The notes beneath the pieces are model-generated. The model worked only from the letters and a program-made list of their open reading frames with translations. It was not told the origin of the DNA and did not search any database. A stretch of DNA of 64,000 nucleotides from a virus, in the IMG/VR virus record IMGVR_UViG_3300045240_000051, positions 4,212 to 68,211 of that record; one strand, given 5' to 3'. Shown here piece after piece: positions 1 to 10,982 of the stretch. Each line of letters begins with the position of its first letter. Position 1 is the first letter of the stretch. The translations under genes were made by a program, and so were the position numbers.

Positions 1-1899
1 GATAAAGACCTTGATCTGCCACGGCGTTACGACGATGGCACGGTGGCCTTCCAGCCGTTGCTGAAAGAGGGTTCGCAAGTATTCGACCGCGAGAAGGAGA
101 ACGATCCAGTTACCCGCCTTCGCACCTTGTCGGATTATACCGGGCCACTGCAAGAACGTAGCTACTTCGCTTTGGATAATGGCCAGGGGCGGCGTATCAT
201 ATTCAAGCCGGGTGACGGTGAGATATCGATCTATAAGATCAGCCCCAAGACCGGCAAGACTACTACGTCCAAAGTTGCCACGGTGGATTTTGACGGCGAT
301 CCCGGCGATAGAATAACGTTAAAGATAAATGGCAATACTGACACCTTTTCGGTGGACAATGCCACAGCCAAAGAAATTATGGCCAGTGTCAAGAACGAAG
401 ATGGAACGCCGCTTAAGTACCACGAGAGCCCGCTTACCGCATGGTCTAATGCAGTTCGCGGCGTAGGGCAGGTGCGCGACAATGTAATGCTGTTGCAGAA
501 AATAGAGAATTCCAAACCGTTCTTAGAGAACGCCACTAAGAACGCCAAGGAAGCCGAAGCAAAAGGGTACATCAAGACCACCCTGCCACAGATGAAAGAC
601 TGGTACATGGAGCCGCGGATCGCCGAGGCCATGGATGATTTCGCTGCCCCCGGGTTTAGCGATCTGCACGTCCAGGGTTTGCGCAATGCAGCTACCGGGC
701 TTATCAAAACCATGTACACGTTCGGCCCGTTCGTCCATGCGCTTAATGAAGCTGATCTGTGGGCCACGTCCCGTGGCTTCGACTGGCTCAATCCGAAGGG
801 TTACCAGTCCATCGTGAAAAATGGATACAAAGCCATCAAGTCTGTCAATACGCAAGACGATTTACAACGGCAAATACGAGCCGTTGGCGGCAACCCCATG
901 TTGGGCGCGGTGCTTACCCGCGACCTAATTACGCAAATTGCAGAAAAGTCCGGGCTTGAAATTACTCGCAACGCCCCCGCCTGGGACCCGATAGCCAAGT
1001 CGTTTGGCATAAGCACCGCCGACTTGGGGCGTGGTGTGTATAAAGAGTCCAGCAAGATCATGTGGAAGTTGAGCGACATTCTCCTTACGCAGAAGGTTAT
1101 AGAGAATATGGACATACATAAAATGTCCTTGACCGATGCTGTTAACGACGCTCACAAGTTCATTTCGGATTATCGCATTGGGCCACGGGTAGCCAACTCT
1201 AGGTTCATTGCCAAGTTTCTTGCGGACCCTGCCACATCTTTGTTCGGCCGATATCACATGGGGCTGTGGAACTCCATGGGCCATATGAGCCGTAATCTTG
1301 TCAAGGGTACACCGGAGGAACGTACCAAGGCGGCTGGACAGCTTATCGCGTCTGGCGTCATGGCGTACTTGATCTATCCGGCGCTGGATAACGCGGCCCA
1401 GTATATCACTGGCAACAACGACGCAAGTTTTGGCCGGCGCGGGTTTGCCACCATACCTAATTCCTTGTCGGAACTGGCCCAAGGTAAGAGGGATTATACC
1501 AAGACCGCGGCGGACGTGTTCACGCCGTCCCTGCCGCTGAATGCCCTTGGCCAAGCCCTCCATAACACCGACTGGAAGGGCCAGCCGATCATCCAGAAAA
1601 TGGATTACACCAAGCATCCGGAAAGAGCTTTTACCGCGGCTGGTGAACTGGCGGATACGGCTGGCTCGGCCCTGGTAGCACCGTATGCTACGCTGGCTAC
1701 GGGACTGCACGAGCCAGGAGCCACCCCTGCGTCTGTGGCCGGTAAGTTCGCCACTGCTGCTGTGGGTATAACCAACCCGACGGATCAGGCGCGGAAGTAC
1801 ATGCACAACCAGCCTAAGTACAACGAGCAGGACTTGAAAAAGCGAGCGCAGAAGAACGCCGGGCCTATTGAACGCCTTACCAATTACTTAACGAGGTAA
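1..1899 (+). CDS. C-terminal part of a large internal virion/ejection protein (probably starts before the window)
   Basis: The frame is open from the window start and gives 618 aa from position 43. It is helical and A/G/K-rich with a hydrophobic segment, and ends the late operon. Confidence 0.55.
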   Translation, partial: DKDLDLPRRYDDGTVAFQPLLKEGSQVFDREKENDPVTRLRTLSDYTGPLQERSYFALDNGQGRRIIFKPGDGEISIYKISPKTGKTTTSKVATVDFDGDPGDRITLKINGNTDTFSVDNATAKEIMASVKNEDGTPLKYHESPLTAWSNAVRGVGQVRDNVMLLQKIENSKPFLENATKNAKEAEAKGYIKTTLPQMKDWYMEPRIAEAMDDFAAPGFSDLHVQGLRNAATGLIKTMYTFGPFVHALNEADLWATSRGFDWLNPKGYQSIVKNGYKAIKSVNTQDDLQRQIRAVGGNPMLGAVLTRDLITQIAEKSGLEITRNAPAWDPIAKSFGISTADLGRGVYKESSKIMWKLSDILLTQKVIENMDIHKMSLTDAVNDAHKFISDYRIGPRVANSRFIAKFLADPATSLFGRYHMGLWNSMGHMSRNLVKGTPEERTKAAGQLIASGVMAYLIYPALDNAAQYITGNNDASFGRRGFATIPNSLSELAQGKRDYTKTAADVFTPSLPLNALGQALHNTDWKGQPIIQKMDYTKHPERAFTAAGELADTAGSALVAPYATLATGLHEPGATPASVAGKFATAAVGITNPTDQARKYMHNQPKYNEQDLKKRAQKNAGPIERLTNYLTR

Positions 1900-1926
1900 G
1901 TTTACCGTCACGGTAACGAGGGTTAA

Positions 1927-2286
1927 ATGCCGTTCAAGAAGGTAGGCTCTAATGAATATAGTTCTCCTTCTGGTCGTCATTTTAATGGCGCGCAGGTACG
2001 CCTCTACTACGCAAACGGGGGGAAATTCCCAGGAGAGAAAACTATGAGCAATAAAGGCTATATGGGTAAGAGCACGAGCTACGCGCAGGGGGGGCCTGTC
2101 CTTGGCAAAGTGAGCGAGTTCCTTAAGGCCGAAAACGAGTTTACGGACCCGGACGAAGGCGAGAAGGGCGACAGCGCCGACGAAGACCAGAAGTACGGTA
2201 AAACCGGCGCTGGTGCGGGTAAAGGCTTTACAAAGCCCCCCAAGGCTGCTGGCAAGTCATTGAAACCGGTCAAACCGCGTAGTTAA
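1927..2286 (+). CDS. Small K/G-rich protein with YxxGG motifs; possible second in-frame start at 2044
   Basis: ORF with YANGG and YAQGGPV motifs; AGGAG precedes the internal ATG at 2044. Confidence 0.6.
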   Translation: MPFKKVGSNEYSSPSGRHFNGAQVRLYYANGGKFPGEKTMSNKGYMGKSTSYAQGGPVLGKVSEFLKAENEFTDPDEGEKGDSADEDQKYGKTGAGAGKGFTKPPKAAGKSLKPVKPRS

Positions 2287-2364
2287 GTATCCTTATCCGC
2301 GGGGGGCGTGCCGAACATCCAGTCGGCCAAATAATCGTCGTCCCCAAAATTGCGGGTGCGCTTT

Positions 2365-5300
2365 CTAAGCCTTTGATACTTCTTGCGAAGTTGGCGCATT
2401 GGAACCCTCCTGGGAAGGTACTAACCCTACCACGTCAGACTTAAGGACCTGTGCCCCCGGTCGTTCGTCCATGGGCGTATGGGCGAAAAGCTGTCCCTCC
2501 AACTCGCTGCCGGGCGGTATGGGTATCTGGATGATGGTCTCCTGGCCACCGGACAGTGTAGTACCCGCGGTAAGGTCTACTCGCTTTACCCCTATCTCGG
2601 CCAAGAAGTGCTTCTTGAGACCGTTGAACACCGCGGTCTTTTCGTAGCTGGTGGCGTCCAGGATTTCCTCGAACTTGGTCTTGGATATACGCACCCGCCT
2701 GTGCGTGGTGTCCCACTCCACATGAACCTGCCCAGGCCGTGGTAGTGTCTTGAGCACCGTCACCACCGGCTTACCACGCCCCAAGTGCCGTCCTGCTGTC
2801 CATATCATATTCTCCACCAGGGACTTCATCACCAGGGTAAGCACGTCGCTTACGTGTAACTCGGTATTGCTGACGGTGGAGCTACCTTTGACATGCTCCC
2901 GCTGCATGGCGAACTGGCGAAGAAGATACCTATACATTTCCCCCAGGTTGAACTGTGCCAGCCCAAGCTTGTTGGCAAACGCAGCCCCCGCTATGGTAGT
3001 GGCGCATGTGGCCGTCCAGAACCGTTCCTCACTTGCCACCTTGATCTGGTCTTCGAAATCGTTGAGAATAGCTCGCGTATCCCGTTCCACCAGTTCCGTA
3101 TTACGACCCAGCCACTCGGCGTATTGCTTACCGGCCCAGCCAAAGTTGTAATCTAGACTCTTGATAAGGTGCTCTACGTCGGACGCACGCTGCGTATCCG
3201 GACGCTTCTCCACTTCGATTTGAAACACCCTGCGAAGCTGTGCGTCCGTGTTCTTGACGTGCTTGGTTATCTCGTCCCACAGGGAAAGATTAGACCCTAC
3301 GCAAATCATCGCCTGCCAATTACCCGACTCCCTGAACGACCTATCGGAGTGCAGCTTGTTACCTTCCACACCCTCGGTCAATGACCCCAGGATATGCCGC
3401 ACATTCTCAATACGCTTCTTGTCGGATATCTCGTCCCAGTATGCCGGAAGGTTTCGCAATTCTCCAAGCTTCTTCATCAAGGCCAACGGCGACGCGGTAG
3501 GCGTGTCCTTGGTCATCTTGGGATTGCCCCACACCGCGGAGCCGATACTAATGGCCGTGGACTTGTGCGCCCCCGACTGTGCGCTCATGGCATGGAGCAT
3601 GCCGTTGTATTGAGCCGGTACGTGCATAAGCGGCGATCCGAATGCCACCGCTATGATCGTCTCTAGGTCCGGACGCTTCTGATCGGTGACGATCTTGATA
3701 GCCGCGCGCCAGTTATCCATCTTGCCAGACGGCGTGTAATGCTGCTGTAGGCGTTCGTCGGCATAGCCTGCTTGGTGGTCCTGGCCATCCTTGCGGTACA
3801 CCTGTCCACCGTAGGCGAAGCCTACCTGCTCGCCGCCCTCGTATATCCACCCGTACGGAACCGTGTTAATGCGCGCCTTGGCTGCGTCAAGTTTTTCTGT
3901 CCAGCTACTCATAAAAGCCCTCACTCTTTTTTCGTTCTTAACGTATGGTTTGATACGCCGGCTGCGCAAAGCTACCATAAGCTTCGTGTCCGTGGCAAGT
4001 TCAGTCTCGGGGATAGACACGCGCTGTTCCCGTTCCAAGTCCAGCGAAGTCGTAAGGTTCATTGCCGCGGGGCCGTTCTGCATCCACGGCAGGGTAAGCC
4101 TACACTCAAACAACTGCGCGTACTCGTCCTGTGTGGCGCCACTACCGATTTGCTTCTGCACTAATTCGCAAATATAGCCCGTTTCAGCATCTACGATGTA
4201 CCCGTTTGGGAGGTACATATCGGGGGGTGAAGGGGGCGCGGTGGCAGGCTGCGGTATAATTTTAGGGGTGCATAGGTTGAGGGGCGACCGGATGCTGCCG
4301 CGGAGCGGACACGCTGCACAAGATAAGCAACCTGCATTCTCGAAAGCCGCGCAGCTTGGCCACCCAATGCCATTCTCCCTGTCCGTCTTTTTACGCGCAA
4401 ATAATGCTTCGGTTTCTTCCGGAGTATAAGTCTTGTACCCACGCGAAAGAACGTGGGACAGCGCGGGCCCGTCTTCAAGGAACGTACACGCGAGTACGTC
4501 GAGCATCCATAGGCCCTGTTCATAGTTCGCTCCATGCGTCTTATAGGCATCCTGAAAGTGCGGGCATCCCTTGAACAGTCCTGTGTAATCAAGCGGGGTG
4601 TCGTCCCGCAAACTTAAACCCTCGGCTAGGCTTTCGATCCCACCAGTAGGTATTGGTCTGGCGGGGAATTTCGACAAATCAAAAACTGGTTTTGTTACCG
4701 GGCCGGTAATAGACGTTAGCGATGGTGATGCCCGAATACTATCAAAGACCGCAAAATCATAGTCCATACCAAGAGCAGCAAGCCGTACAGGCCGTGGCGG
4801 CGCTGTTTTTCGGTTGAATGTTCCGGGAACACGAAGCACTCTTGCGCTGTCAGTGGTGATCCCGTGGTCGCATTTGAGTCCGTGAAGGCGTGTAAGTGTT
4901 TCAAGACCATCGGCGTACGGTTGCCATTCTTCTTTTGTGAGGGGCCGGTCGCTGATCCAATAGACGTGGCACCCTCCGCTTCCGGAGAGGACGAGCGCAC
5001 TGGGCGCGGGTAGTTTCGCCTTCCCAACGAAGTCCGTAACGGCGCTGATTGCTTCTGCGGTTGACCCATATCCATTACCATCTTTAACGTCTACGTCGAT
5101 CCATAGCGCCTTGAGCCTATGCACGTTGCGCTGGTTTCGCAACGCCGTTGCGTGGCCCTGGTATATTTTACCGGTGGCCCGCTGGCTGGACATACAGAAG
5201 TAGATATCTTTAGCTACGCTCGGCTTGACAGCCAGCCACTGCGCCATACCCAGGAAGTCTTCCACCTTGGTGTACGGGCGCCCCCGCATACCAGGAGACT

Positions 5301-5394
5301 TGTCCGTTGTCCAGTGCAGATTGCAAAACCCCGGCTCGCCATCGGCGGGCCAGGGTAATACTCTACGCAGGAATTCAGTAATATTTCCTGCCAC
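2365..5394 (-). CDS. Primase-helicase (RepB/AEP-like primase, Cys-rich region, DUF927 ATPase)
   Basis: N-terminal WIDVD, SGSGGCHVYW and ARVLRVPGTFN primase motifs; CxxC cluster; C-terminal SGAHKST and YWDE ATPase motifs. Confidence 0.85.
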   Translation of the reverse strand: MAGNITEFLRRVLPWPADGEPGFCNLHWTTDKSPGMRGRPYTKVEDFLGMAQWLAVKPSVAKDIYFCMSSQRATGKIYQGHATALRNQRNVHRLKALWIDVDVKDGNGYGSTAEAISAVTDFVGKAKLPAPSALVLSGSGGCHVYWISDRPLTKEEWQPYADGLETLTRLHGLKCDHGITTDSARVLRVPGTFNRKTAPPRPVRLAALGMDYDFAVFDSIRASPSLTSITGPVTKPVFDLSKFPARPIPTGGIESLAEGLSLRDDTPLDYTGLFKGCPHFQDAYKTHGANYEQGLWMLDVLACTFLEDGPALSHVLSRGYKTYTPEETEALFARKKTDRENGIGWPSCAAFENAGCLSCAACPLRGSIRSPLNLCTPKIIPQPATAPPSPPDMYLPNGYIVDAETGYICELVQKQIGSGATQDEYAQLFECRLTLPWMQNGPAAMNLTTSLDLEREQRVSIPETELATDTKLMVALRSRRIKPYVKNEKRVRAFMSSWTEKLDAAKARINTVPYGWIYEGGEQVGFAYGGQVYRKDGQDHQAGYADERLQQHYTPSGKMDNWRAAIKIVTDQKRPDLETIIAVAFGSPLMHVPAQYNGMLHAMSAQSGAHKSTAISIGSAVWGNPKMTKDTPTASPLALMKKLGELRNLPAYWDEISDKKRIENVRHILGSLTEGVEGNKLHSDRSFRESGNWQAMICVGSNLSLWDEITKHVKNTDAQLRRVFQIEVEKRPDTQRASDVEHLIKSLDYNFGWAGKQYAEWLGRNTELVERDTRAILNDFEDQIKVASEERFWTATCATTIAGAAFANKLGLAQFNLGEMYRYLLRQFAMQREHVKGSSTVSNTELHVSDVLTLVMKSLVENMIWTAGRHLGRGKPVVTVLKTLPRPGQVHVEWDTTHRRVRISKTKFEEILDATSYEKTAVFNGLKKHFLAEIGVKRVDLTAGTTLSGGQETIIQIPIPPGSELEGQLFAHTPMDERPGAQVLKSDVVGLVPSQEGSNAPTSQEVSKA

Positions 5395-5403
5395 CGTGTA
5401 ACC

Positions 5404-6498
5404 TTACCCGGTTTTGATAAGGCCAGCGATCCTTGCATCAAGGTCCGCATCGGAAGCTTCCGGCTCCCCGGTGTCCGAGAATGTCTGTGTCGCCGGCTGC
5501 ACGGGCTGCACCTTCTCGGCAACCACGTCCAGCGTCACACCACCAAATCCGGTATCTACCGGTGTCGGAGAAGTGGATTGCGCTGGCGCGGTCGTCTCTG
5601 CCATAGTAGTCCGTGTAGCAGGCTGGGCAGATGCCGTGGTTGCGGAGGTAGAAGGCTGGGTCTGCTGAGACCGCTGGGGGGCCGCGGTAGCGAGCGTAGA
5701 AGTAAGGCCCGTTTCCACGTTCCCAGGCGGCGTCAATGCCTTCGGCCCCTGTGGTGTTCCCCCGCCCGTTATCCGCTCCACCAGATCGTTGTTGCGCAAC
5801 TCCTGAATGATCGGGGCTTCCTTGTCGGTCAGTCCCTGTAGCGGTCTGAATACCATTTCTGGCCATGAGGTCTCCGGGTTGAAAGTGATCCTGGTGATAT
5901 ACGAGCTAAAGTGCCAACCCTGGTTCGCCATAGTCTCACCAAGCACGGCAAGACTGTTCAACGAAGCAGGCGGGACACGCAGGAATACCGGCTCCATGAG
6001 CGCCTGTCCAAGGATGGCAGCCGACTGCGGAGGCAGTATAAGCACCGCCAACCGTTTGAAGTCGGTGCATTCACGGGACATGCGGCCGGTCTCGGCGTTC
6101 ATCTTGCGAACGTTACGCGGGCACGTTGCGCAGTTGTCCGACTGTTTAACCTGCACATCCAGATCAGGGGTAATACCATCGGCAGACGCACATATCGGAC
6201 GCTCCCCTTCGCTACCACCGCCTTGGTCATATTTCTTGTAGTACGACTTCGACTTATGCCGGGCTTGACCCAGGATCACCACGTCCAAGTGCGCCACTGG
6301 TGTGCCGTCATCTGGCCGCACAAAGTTGTGCTTCTCGCCGCGGTAGCGCAACGACCACACTTTGCCCTTATAACCGATCACACCGTAGGACTGGCCGATG
6401 CCTTCGGACAAGTTTTCAGCGGTGGGATCGAGATAAGCGAAGCCTTGCGAGGGCTTGCTGGTCTTGAAGTTTTCGGGAATTTGAAGTTCCTGGCCCAT
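5404..6498 (-). CDS. Putative ssDNA-binding/annealing protein
   Basis: Lies in the replication module; CASADG..CATCPRN motif, PPASL motif, low-complexity linker and acidic C-terminus. Confidence 0.55.
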   Translation of the reverse strand: MGQELQIPENFKTSKPSQGFAYLDPTAENLSEGIGQSYGVIGYKGKVWSLRYRGEKHNFVRPDDGTPVAHLDVVILGQARHKSKSYYKKYDQGGGSEGERPICASADGITPDLDVQVKQSDNCATCPRNVRKMNAETGRMSRECTDFKRLAVLILPPQSAAILGQALMEPVFLRVPPASLNSLAVLGETMANQGWHFSSYITRITFNPETSWPEMVFRPLQGLTDKEAPIIQELRNNDLVERITGGGTPQGPKALTPPGNVETGLTSTLATAAPQRSQQTQPSTSATTASAQPATRTTMAETTAPAQSTSPTPVDTGFGGVTLDVVAEKVQPVQPATQTFSDTGEPEASDADLDARIAGLIKTG

Positions 6499-6528
6499 GC
6501 GGGTCTCCTGTTGTTACCGTGCGGTAAA

Positions 6529-6924
6529 TTACTTTCCGGTTGGTCGTCTAACCCCGACGGTGGTTATCCCGTTCAAATTGCAGCCGGGGGGTAAATTATT
6601 ATGCTCGTTTACATACTCCTTAACCGCTGTACTGTTTGCTCTGCGGTCGAGCAAGTCGAACTGGTTATTGCTGATAACGAACCGCATGAACGCATCAGGA
6701 TCGGCAAGGGAAGTGGTATAGCGTGTGCTCTTATAGCACGTTCCGTGCTCCGTCTTCAAGCTCTCCATGTTGTTGTCATCGAGAAATTTTTGAAGACGAC
6801 CAGATAATGCCGCTTGAAGTTCAACAAGTGGTTTACGTGCTGTCTCGTGCGCCTCGTCTATTTCTTTCAGCTTGTCCCTGATCTGGACATACTGCATTAT
6901 TCTCTTGTTCATGTCTTCTGGCAT
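6529..6924 (-). CDS. Conserved phage replication-module protein (coiled-coil N-terminus)
   Basis: Coiled coil followed by KTEHGT and a PPG C-terminus; sits between the helicase and the SSB-like gene. Confidence 0.6.
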   Translation of the reverse strand: MPEDMNKRIMQYVQIRDKLKEIDEAHETARKPLVELQAALSGRLQKFLDDNNMESLKTEHGTCYKSTRYTTSLADPDAFMRFVISNNQFDLLDRRANSTAVKEYVNEHNNLPPGCNLNGITTVGVRRPTGK

Positions 6925-7075
6925 TGTGTATCTCGCTGTAATCCAAACCTACATATGGTAGCTACGCGGTTGCGCCAACTACCAAAACAAGCGTCCAAAG
7001 CAAGCTGGTAGACGGATTTTAATGCTGTTCTCATACGTTCGTTTTCACGAACAAGCTGCATTATTTGATCTTCTG

Positions 7076-8623
7076 TCACTTTAAGTCCTCCGTAGCCATT
7101 TCAAAAAGTTGCAAAAGCTGATCCTGTATTTTCTGTTTGGAGCGCAACATACTATATATGCGTTTTTCGATCCCAGTTGACTGTAGATGTAGTAGCTGCT
7201 GCTTGTGCGCCTGCCCTACTCGTCTTATCCTGGCATTAGCCTGTTCGTATGTTTCCAGACTTGTTATTGGGAGATACCAAATAATCGTATCCGCTGCGGT
7301 AAGTGTTAACCCGTGTGACAGCGTACCAGGATGAGCCAGTAGAACTTTTGGCTTGTTCGTGTTTTGGAACCTGGCGAATACCTGCTCACGATCTTTTGTA
7401 TCCCCATGGATAATATCGTGGTCGATTTTCACCTTGTCCAGTTCGAAGATTTTAGACAGCCCTTCGATGGCGTGCCTATAAGGAACGAAAACTATCACCT
7501 TGTGTTCCGCGGACTCGATCAAATCTATGAGAGCGACTATACGCGGGGCCGCATCCAGGCGGACGAACTCGGGCGACTGCGTATACACCCAACCGCCTGC
7601 GACCTGTAACAACTTGCTCATGACCACGCCAGCGTTTACCGCCGTTACAGTCTTGTCCTTAATCATCGCTTTGCAGTCTTTAAGGATACGCTGGTACACG
7701 GTGTTCTGTTGTGGGGCCATATCCACGTCGATCATGCGCGGGATCATGGGGGGCAGTTCAACCACATCGTCCAACGCATACCTGACCGCGGGCTGCATCA
7801 TCTTGAACGCCATGTCCACAGCATTGGGCTTGGGCACCCACTTGAACGTACTAACTTTGGTCATCAGCATATCGCGGGCATGGGTCTGTCGATTAGGCAC
7901 CGTGTTAGGCGTGACGATCTTGCACTGTGCCCATACGTCAGTAGGCTCGTTGGGCATGGGGGCACCGGTCATTCCCCATACTATACTGAACCTTGCGGCG
8001 AACTTGCGCATCAGTTTGCTGCGCTCGGAGTTATTGCGGTACACCGCCAACTCGTCAAGGATTAAAGTGTCTATATCGGCACGGGTATGAAGCGCCTCGG
8101 CTATCACCTTCAATCCGTCGTGATTGATAATGTATATATCCGCATCCTGAGCCAGCTTGGCCAAGCGTTCAGCCCGCGTACCGTATAAGACCTGGACACG
8201 ACGGCCGGGGATAGTCTCAAAACATTCCCTCGCCCATACAAAGTTAAGTGTCGATAGCGGACCGACCACCAGCATTTTCCCCGCCATTCCCGAGCAATTA
8301 AGAAAATCCCATGCCCATAGAGCAGTCTTAGTTTTGCCGGTCCCCATATGATTGAGTACATATGCATGTGGGTTCTCCGTTAGCATTTTGCATGTAGCGC
8401 GTTGCACGGCGAAAGGTTTACCTTTGCACCAGTCGTAATATAGCAGCATCGGATTAGGTACTTTTTCAAATCCAAGATGCTTAAGCAGCAGCACGCTACG
8501 CATGTTGTGCGGTACGACCAAATTACCGTCCGGTAACTTCGGAGCAGACGGAAATAAAGAGAGTGCCCCCAGTATAGGGGGCACCACTAAAGTTTGCGTT
8601 GCTTTGGAAACGATTACTGGCAT
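7076..8623 (-). CDS. SNF2-family SF2 helicase
   Basis: MGTGKT Walker A, ILDE, MTGAP, HGLTLT and QANARIRRVGQ motifs. Confidence 0.9.
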   Translation of the reverse strand: MPVIVSKATQTLVVPPILGALSLFPSAPKLPDGNLVVPHNMRSVLLLKHLGFEKVPNPMLLYYDWCKGKPFAVQRATCKMLTENPHAYVLNHMGTGKTKTALWAWDFLNCSGMAGKMLVVGPLSTLNFVWARECFETIPGRRVQVLYGTRAERLAKLAQDADIYIINHDGLKVIAEALHTRADIDTLILDELAVYRNNSERSKLMRKFAARFSIVWGMTGAPMPNEPTDVWAQCKIVTPNTVPNRQTHARDMLMTKVSTFKWVPKPNAVDMAFKMMQPAVRYALDDVVELPPMIPRMIDVDMAPQQNTVYQRILKDCKAMIKDKTVTAVNAGVVMSKLLQVAGGWVYTQSPEFVRLDAAPRIVALIDLIESAEHKVIVFVPYRHAIEGLSKIFELDKVKIDHDIIHGDTKDREQVFARFQNTNKPKVLLAHPGTLSHGLTLTAADTIIWYLPITSLETYEQANARIRRVGQAHKQQLLHLQSTGIEKRIYSMLRSKQKIQDQLLQLFEMATEDLK

Positions 8624-8755
8624 TCCATTTTCACGATTTTTAGGCCATCGGATTTCATCACAGCTTCAAGGCCGGCTTGTTCTATGCTGGTAGGCGCAAC
8701 TACGACGCCAACAGCATACGTTCCTTTGCCATCCGTGAAGACAACGCGCCACTCT

Positions 8756-9097
8756 TTAGTGGGGTTCCACCGGATTATGCTCATTTGTGCGTATTTCGTT
8801 TGCCAAGGAGCAACATTGCGATATTACTTTGATCGCCGCGGCTAGAGATACATCATCGTCCACCAGATACACAAGGCCATGCGCTTTTTCTATGGCTTTC
8901 TTTGTTTCTTCCTGGCGCGGTGTGTACCATTTACCGGGGGCCTTTGTCTCTATGGCTATGAACCAACCGCCAGCACATACCAGCACATCAAGCGAAGGTG
9001 CACCCATACCGTTTTGCACGGGGCGAAACTGATACAAGCATGGCAGCTTGTCCAGTTCCTTTTTAAGCTTTGCTTTTATACGTCCTTCGGGGGTCAT
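8756..9097 (-). CDS. VRR-NUC family nuclease
   Basis: TPEG..K, GAPSLD, IETKAPG and TPRQ motifs. Confidence 0.85.
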   Translation of the reverse strand: MTPEGRIKAKLKKELDKLPCLYQFRPVQNGMGAPSLDVLVCAGGWFIAIETKAPGKWYTPRQEETKKAIEKAHGLVYLVDDDVSLAAAIKVISQCCSLANEIRTNEHNPVEPH

Positions 9098-9099
9098 AC

Positions 9100-10235
9100 C
9101 TGTTTATCGGCGGTTACTCGGCAGCTTTAGCGAGTTGCGCATTTTTGAAGGCCAGATATTCTTCGGCTCGCTCTTTGCTGTCTGGGCCATAGAAGTTTGT
9201 CACCCAACAACCGCCATCGTAATCAGAGTTTTCAACCGACCACACTCCCGGCTCGTCCTTCCGCTCGCATATTTCATACATCGGCTTCTCCTGTTAATCG
9301 TCTTGCTCTATCGTTCCTGTCGGCGGCGATGCGCTCCGCTTCCTGTTCGCTGACGCGGAACGCGGCTACGGTTCCCCACGATCCGATCACGCGCCAGGAA
9401 TTTTCTGATCTGAGCGGCTCGGCTTTGAAGGTTTCCATGTTAACGTCCTGTTACTGCCCACAACACCATCGTAGCACCCTGCGCCACAGTGGCGGGTCTA
9501 CCCAACGTAACAATGCACGCAAAGCGTCCGTCTGTGTTATATATGGCCCATGTGTCTGTTCGTATTCGTCATGCCAGTACCACTTCCCCATGTATTTCCA
9601 GGGATTTTCACGAAGAACCATTTTGTTTCCGTAATTGTTTAACTGCTTCCCGCAGCAAATCACACAGTTCTATATTATCTAAATTATATCCTTCTGGTGA
9701 ATGACGGTTATCATCCAAACGTTTCGCCCACCGTTCAAGCTTATCCGCCAAAGTCATAGCTTCACCGCCATATAAGCAAACTCGTTCTTGCCTAGCCGCT
9801 TCTGAAACAGCAACGCCTTGCCAGACTTATAAGCGCCCCACACGATGTTTGCCAAGTCGCGCAAGGTCCGTGCGTCGGGCTGCATACGGTCATATTGCAA
9901 GTCACCGGTGTGATATATGATCCTGTCGCCGCGTCTAGCGTGGAACAGCTTGCGCTGAAACTCTTGCGTTGTCATTTTTCATATCCCATTGTTAAAAGGG
10001 CTTTAACTACTAAATTAAGCACATGCTTCTGTAATCTTTTATGGTTTAAAATTTCCCCTTGGCGCTGTACTTTATGTAAATCCAAAGACGCCCTATCTCG
10101 ACCACGATAAGAAGCACACCTATAGTTTCCTGTATTTGGGTTGGGTTCATCTCCCTTGTTCCATATACCAATTTGGGCAAGTTCACTAACCTTACCTGTA
10201 ATCGCGGAATGAAGTTCAACACGTACAATTATCAT
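9100..10235 (-). other. Cluster of small hypothetical ORFs (e.g. 9451-9663, 9754-9975, 9972-about 10235)
   Basis: Tightly packed short minus-strand ORFs with overlapping start and stop codons. Confidence 0.55.
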
Positions 10236-10891
10236 TAGTGCCTCTTTCCGTGAAACTGGCAATTCATTACCGGGCAGTAACGTGCGCATAATTTACCCGG
10301 CTTGGGTGGATAAGTCATAGTCCTGGCGGCTTGTTCCAACTCGTTAACACGCCCCAACAGCCCGACCCATGCGTTTGCCACGTCCTGGCGCGTATATGTT
10401 TCAGGCGTTGAACAGTCATCCTTGAGCCACACAAACTCGCTGCGAACTTTCTTCACAGTCGGATGAAACGCAAACACACACTGCGCCATCAGCATCAACT
10501 GAACGCTGTCAACAAGAATTTTTCCAGTTTTCCAGTCAAGTACAAGAGCCACAGGGCCGTCAATGCGGACAACATCGCCAATGCCACGATACCAAACCCG
10601 CGGGGAAAAATACTCCGTAGGCTGCAAGTTTTTCGTGAGCGCATATTTCTGCTCCACTAACAGTTCACCTGGGCCGGCTATAACCCGATCAACCCAGTGC
10701 TGATAATCAACCATTTCAGGTGGCAGGGGCTTCTTACCAGAGCACGCCTTGGCAAGCGCATCGTGTACTTCGTTACCCCACTTCATCTGCGATGTGTCGT
10801 CGGTGAAATTTTTTGCTAAATCTACTTCATAGTGCTTCTTAGGGCACGTCTCGAAATTCTTAATCTTTGAATAGCTCCAAGAAAACGCCAT
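10235..10891 (-). CDS. PD-(D/E)XK (Cas4/RecB-like) exonuclease
   Basis: WSYS..FETCP, GNEVH, RGIGD..LDWKTGK, Q motif and C-terminal CxxCP..C; likely start at MAFSWSYS. Confidence 0.85.
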   Translation of the reverse strand: MAFSWSYSKIKNFETCPKKHYEVDLAKNFTDDTSQMKWGNEVHDALAKACSGKKPLPPEMVDYQHWVDRVIAGPGELLVEQKYALTKNLQPTEYFSPRVWYRGIGDVVRIDGPVALVLDWKTGKILVDSVQLMLMAQCVFAFHPTVKKVRSEFVWLKDDCSTPETYTRQDVANAWVGLLGRVNELEQAARTMTYPPKPGKLCARYCPVMNCQFHGKRH

Positions 10892-10982
10892 CACACAAAC
10901 ACCCATCTGGCCCAACATACAGCAAGACCGCCCAAACCAAATCCAGCAAAAAACGCCATACCAACTAATGCAAAATCTGTCA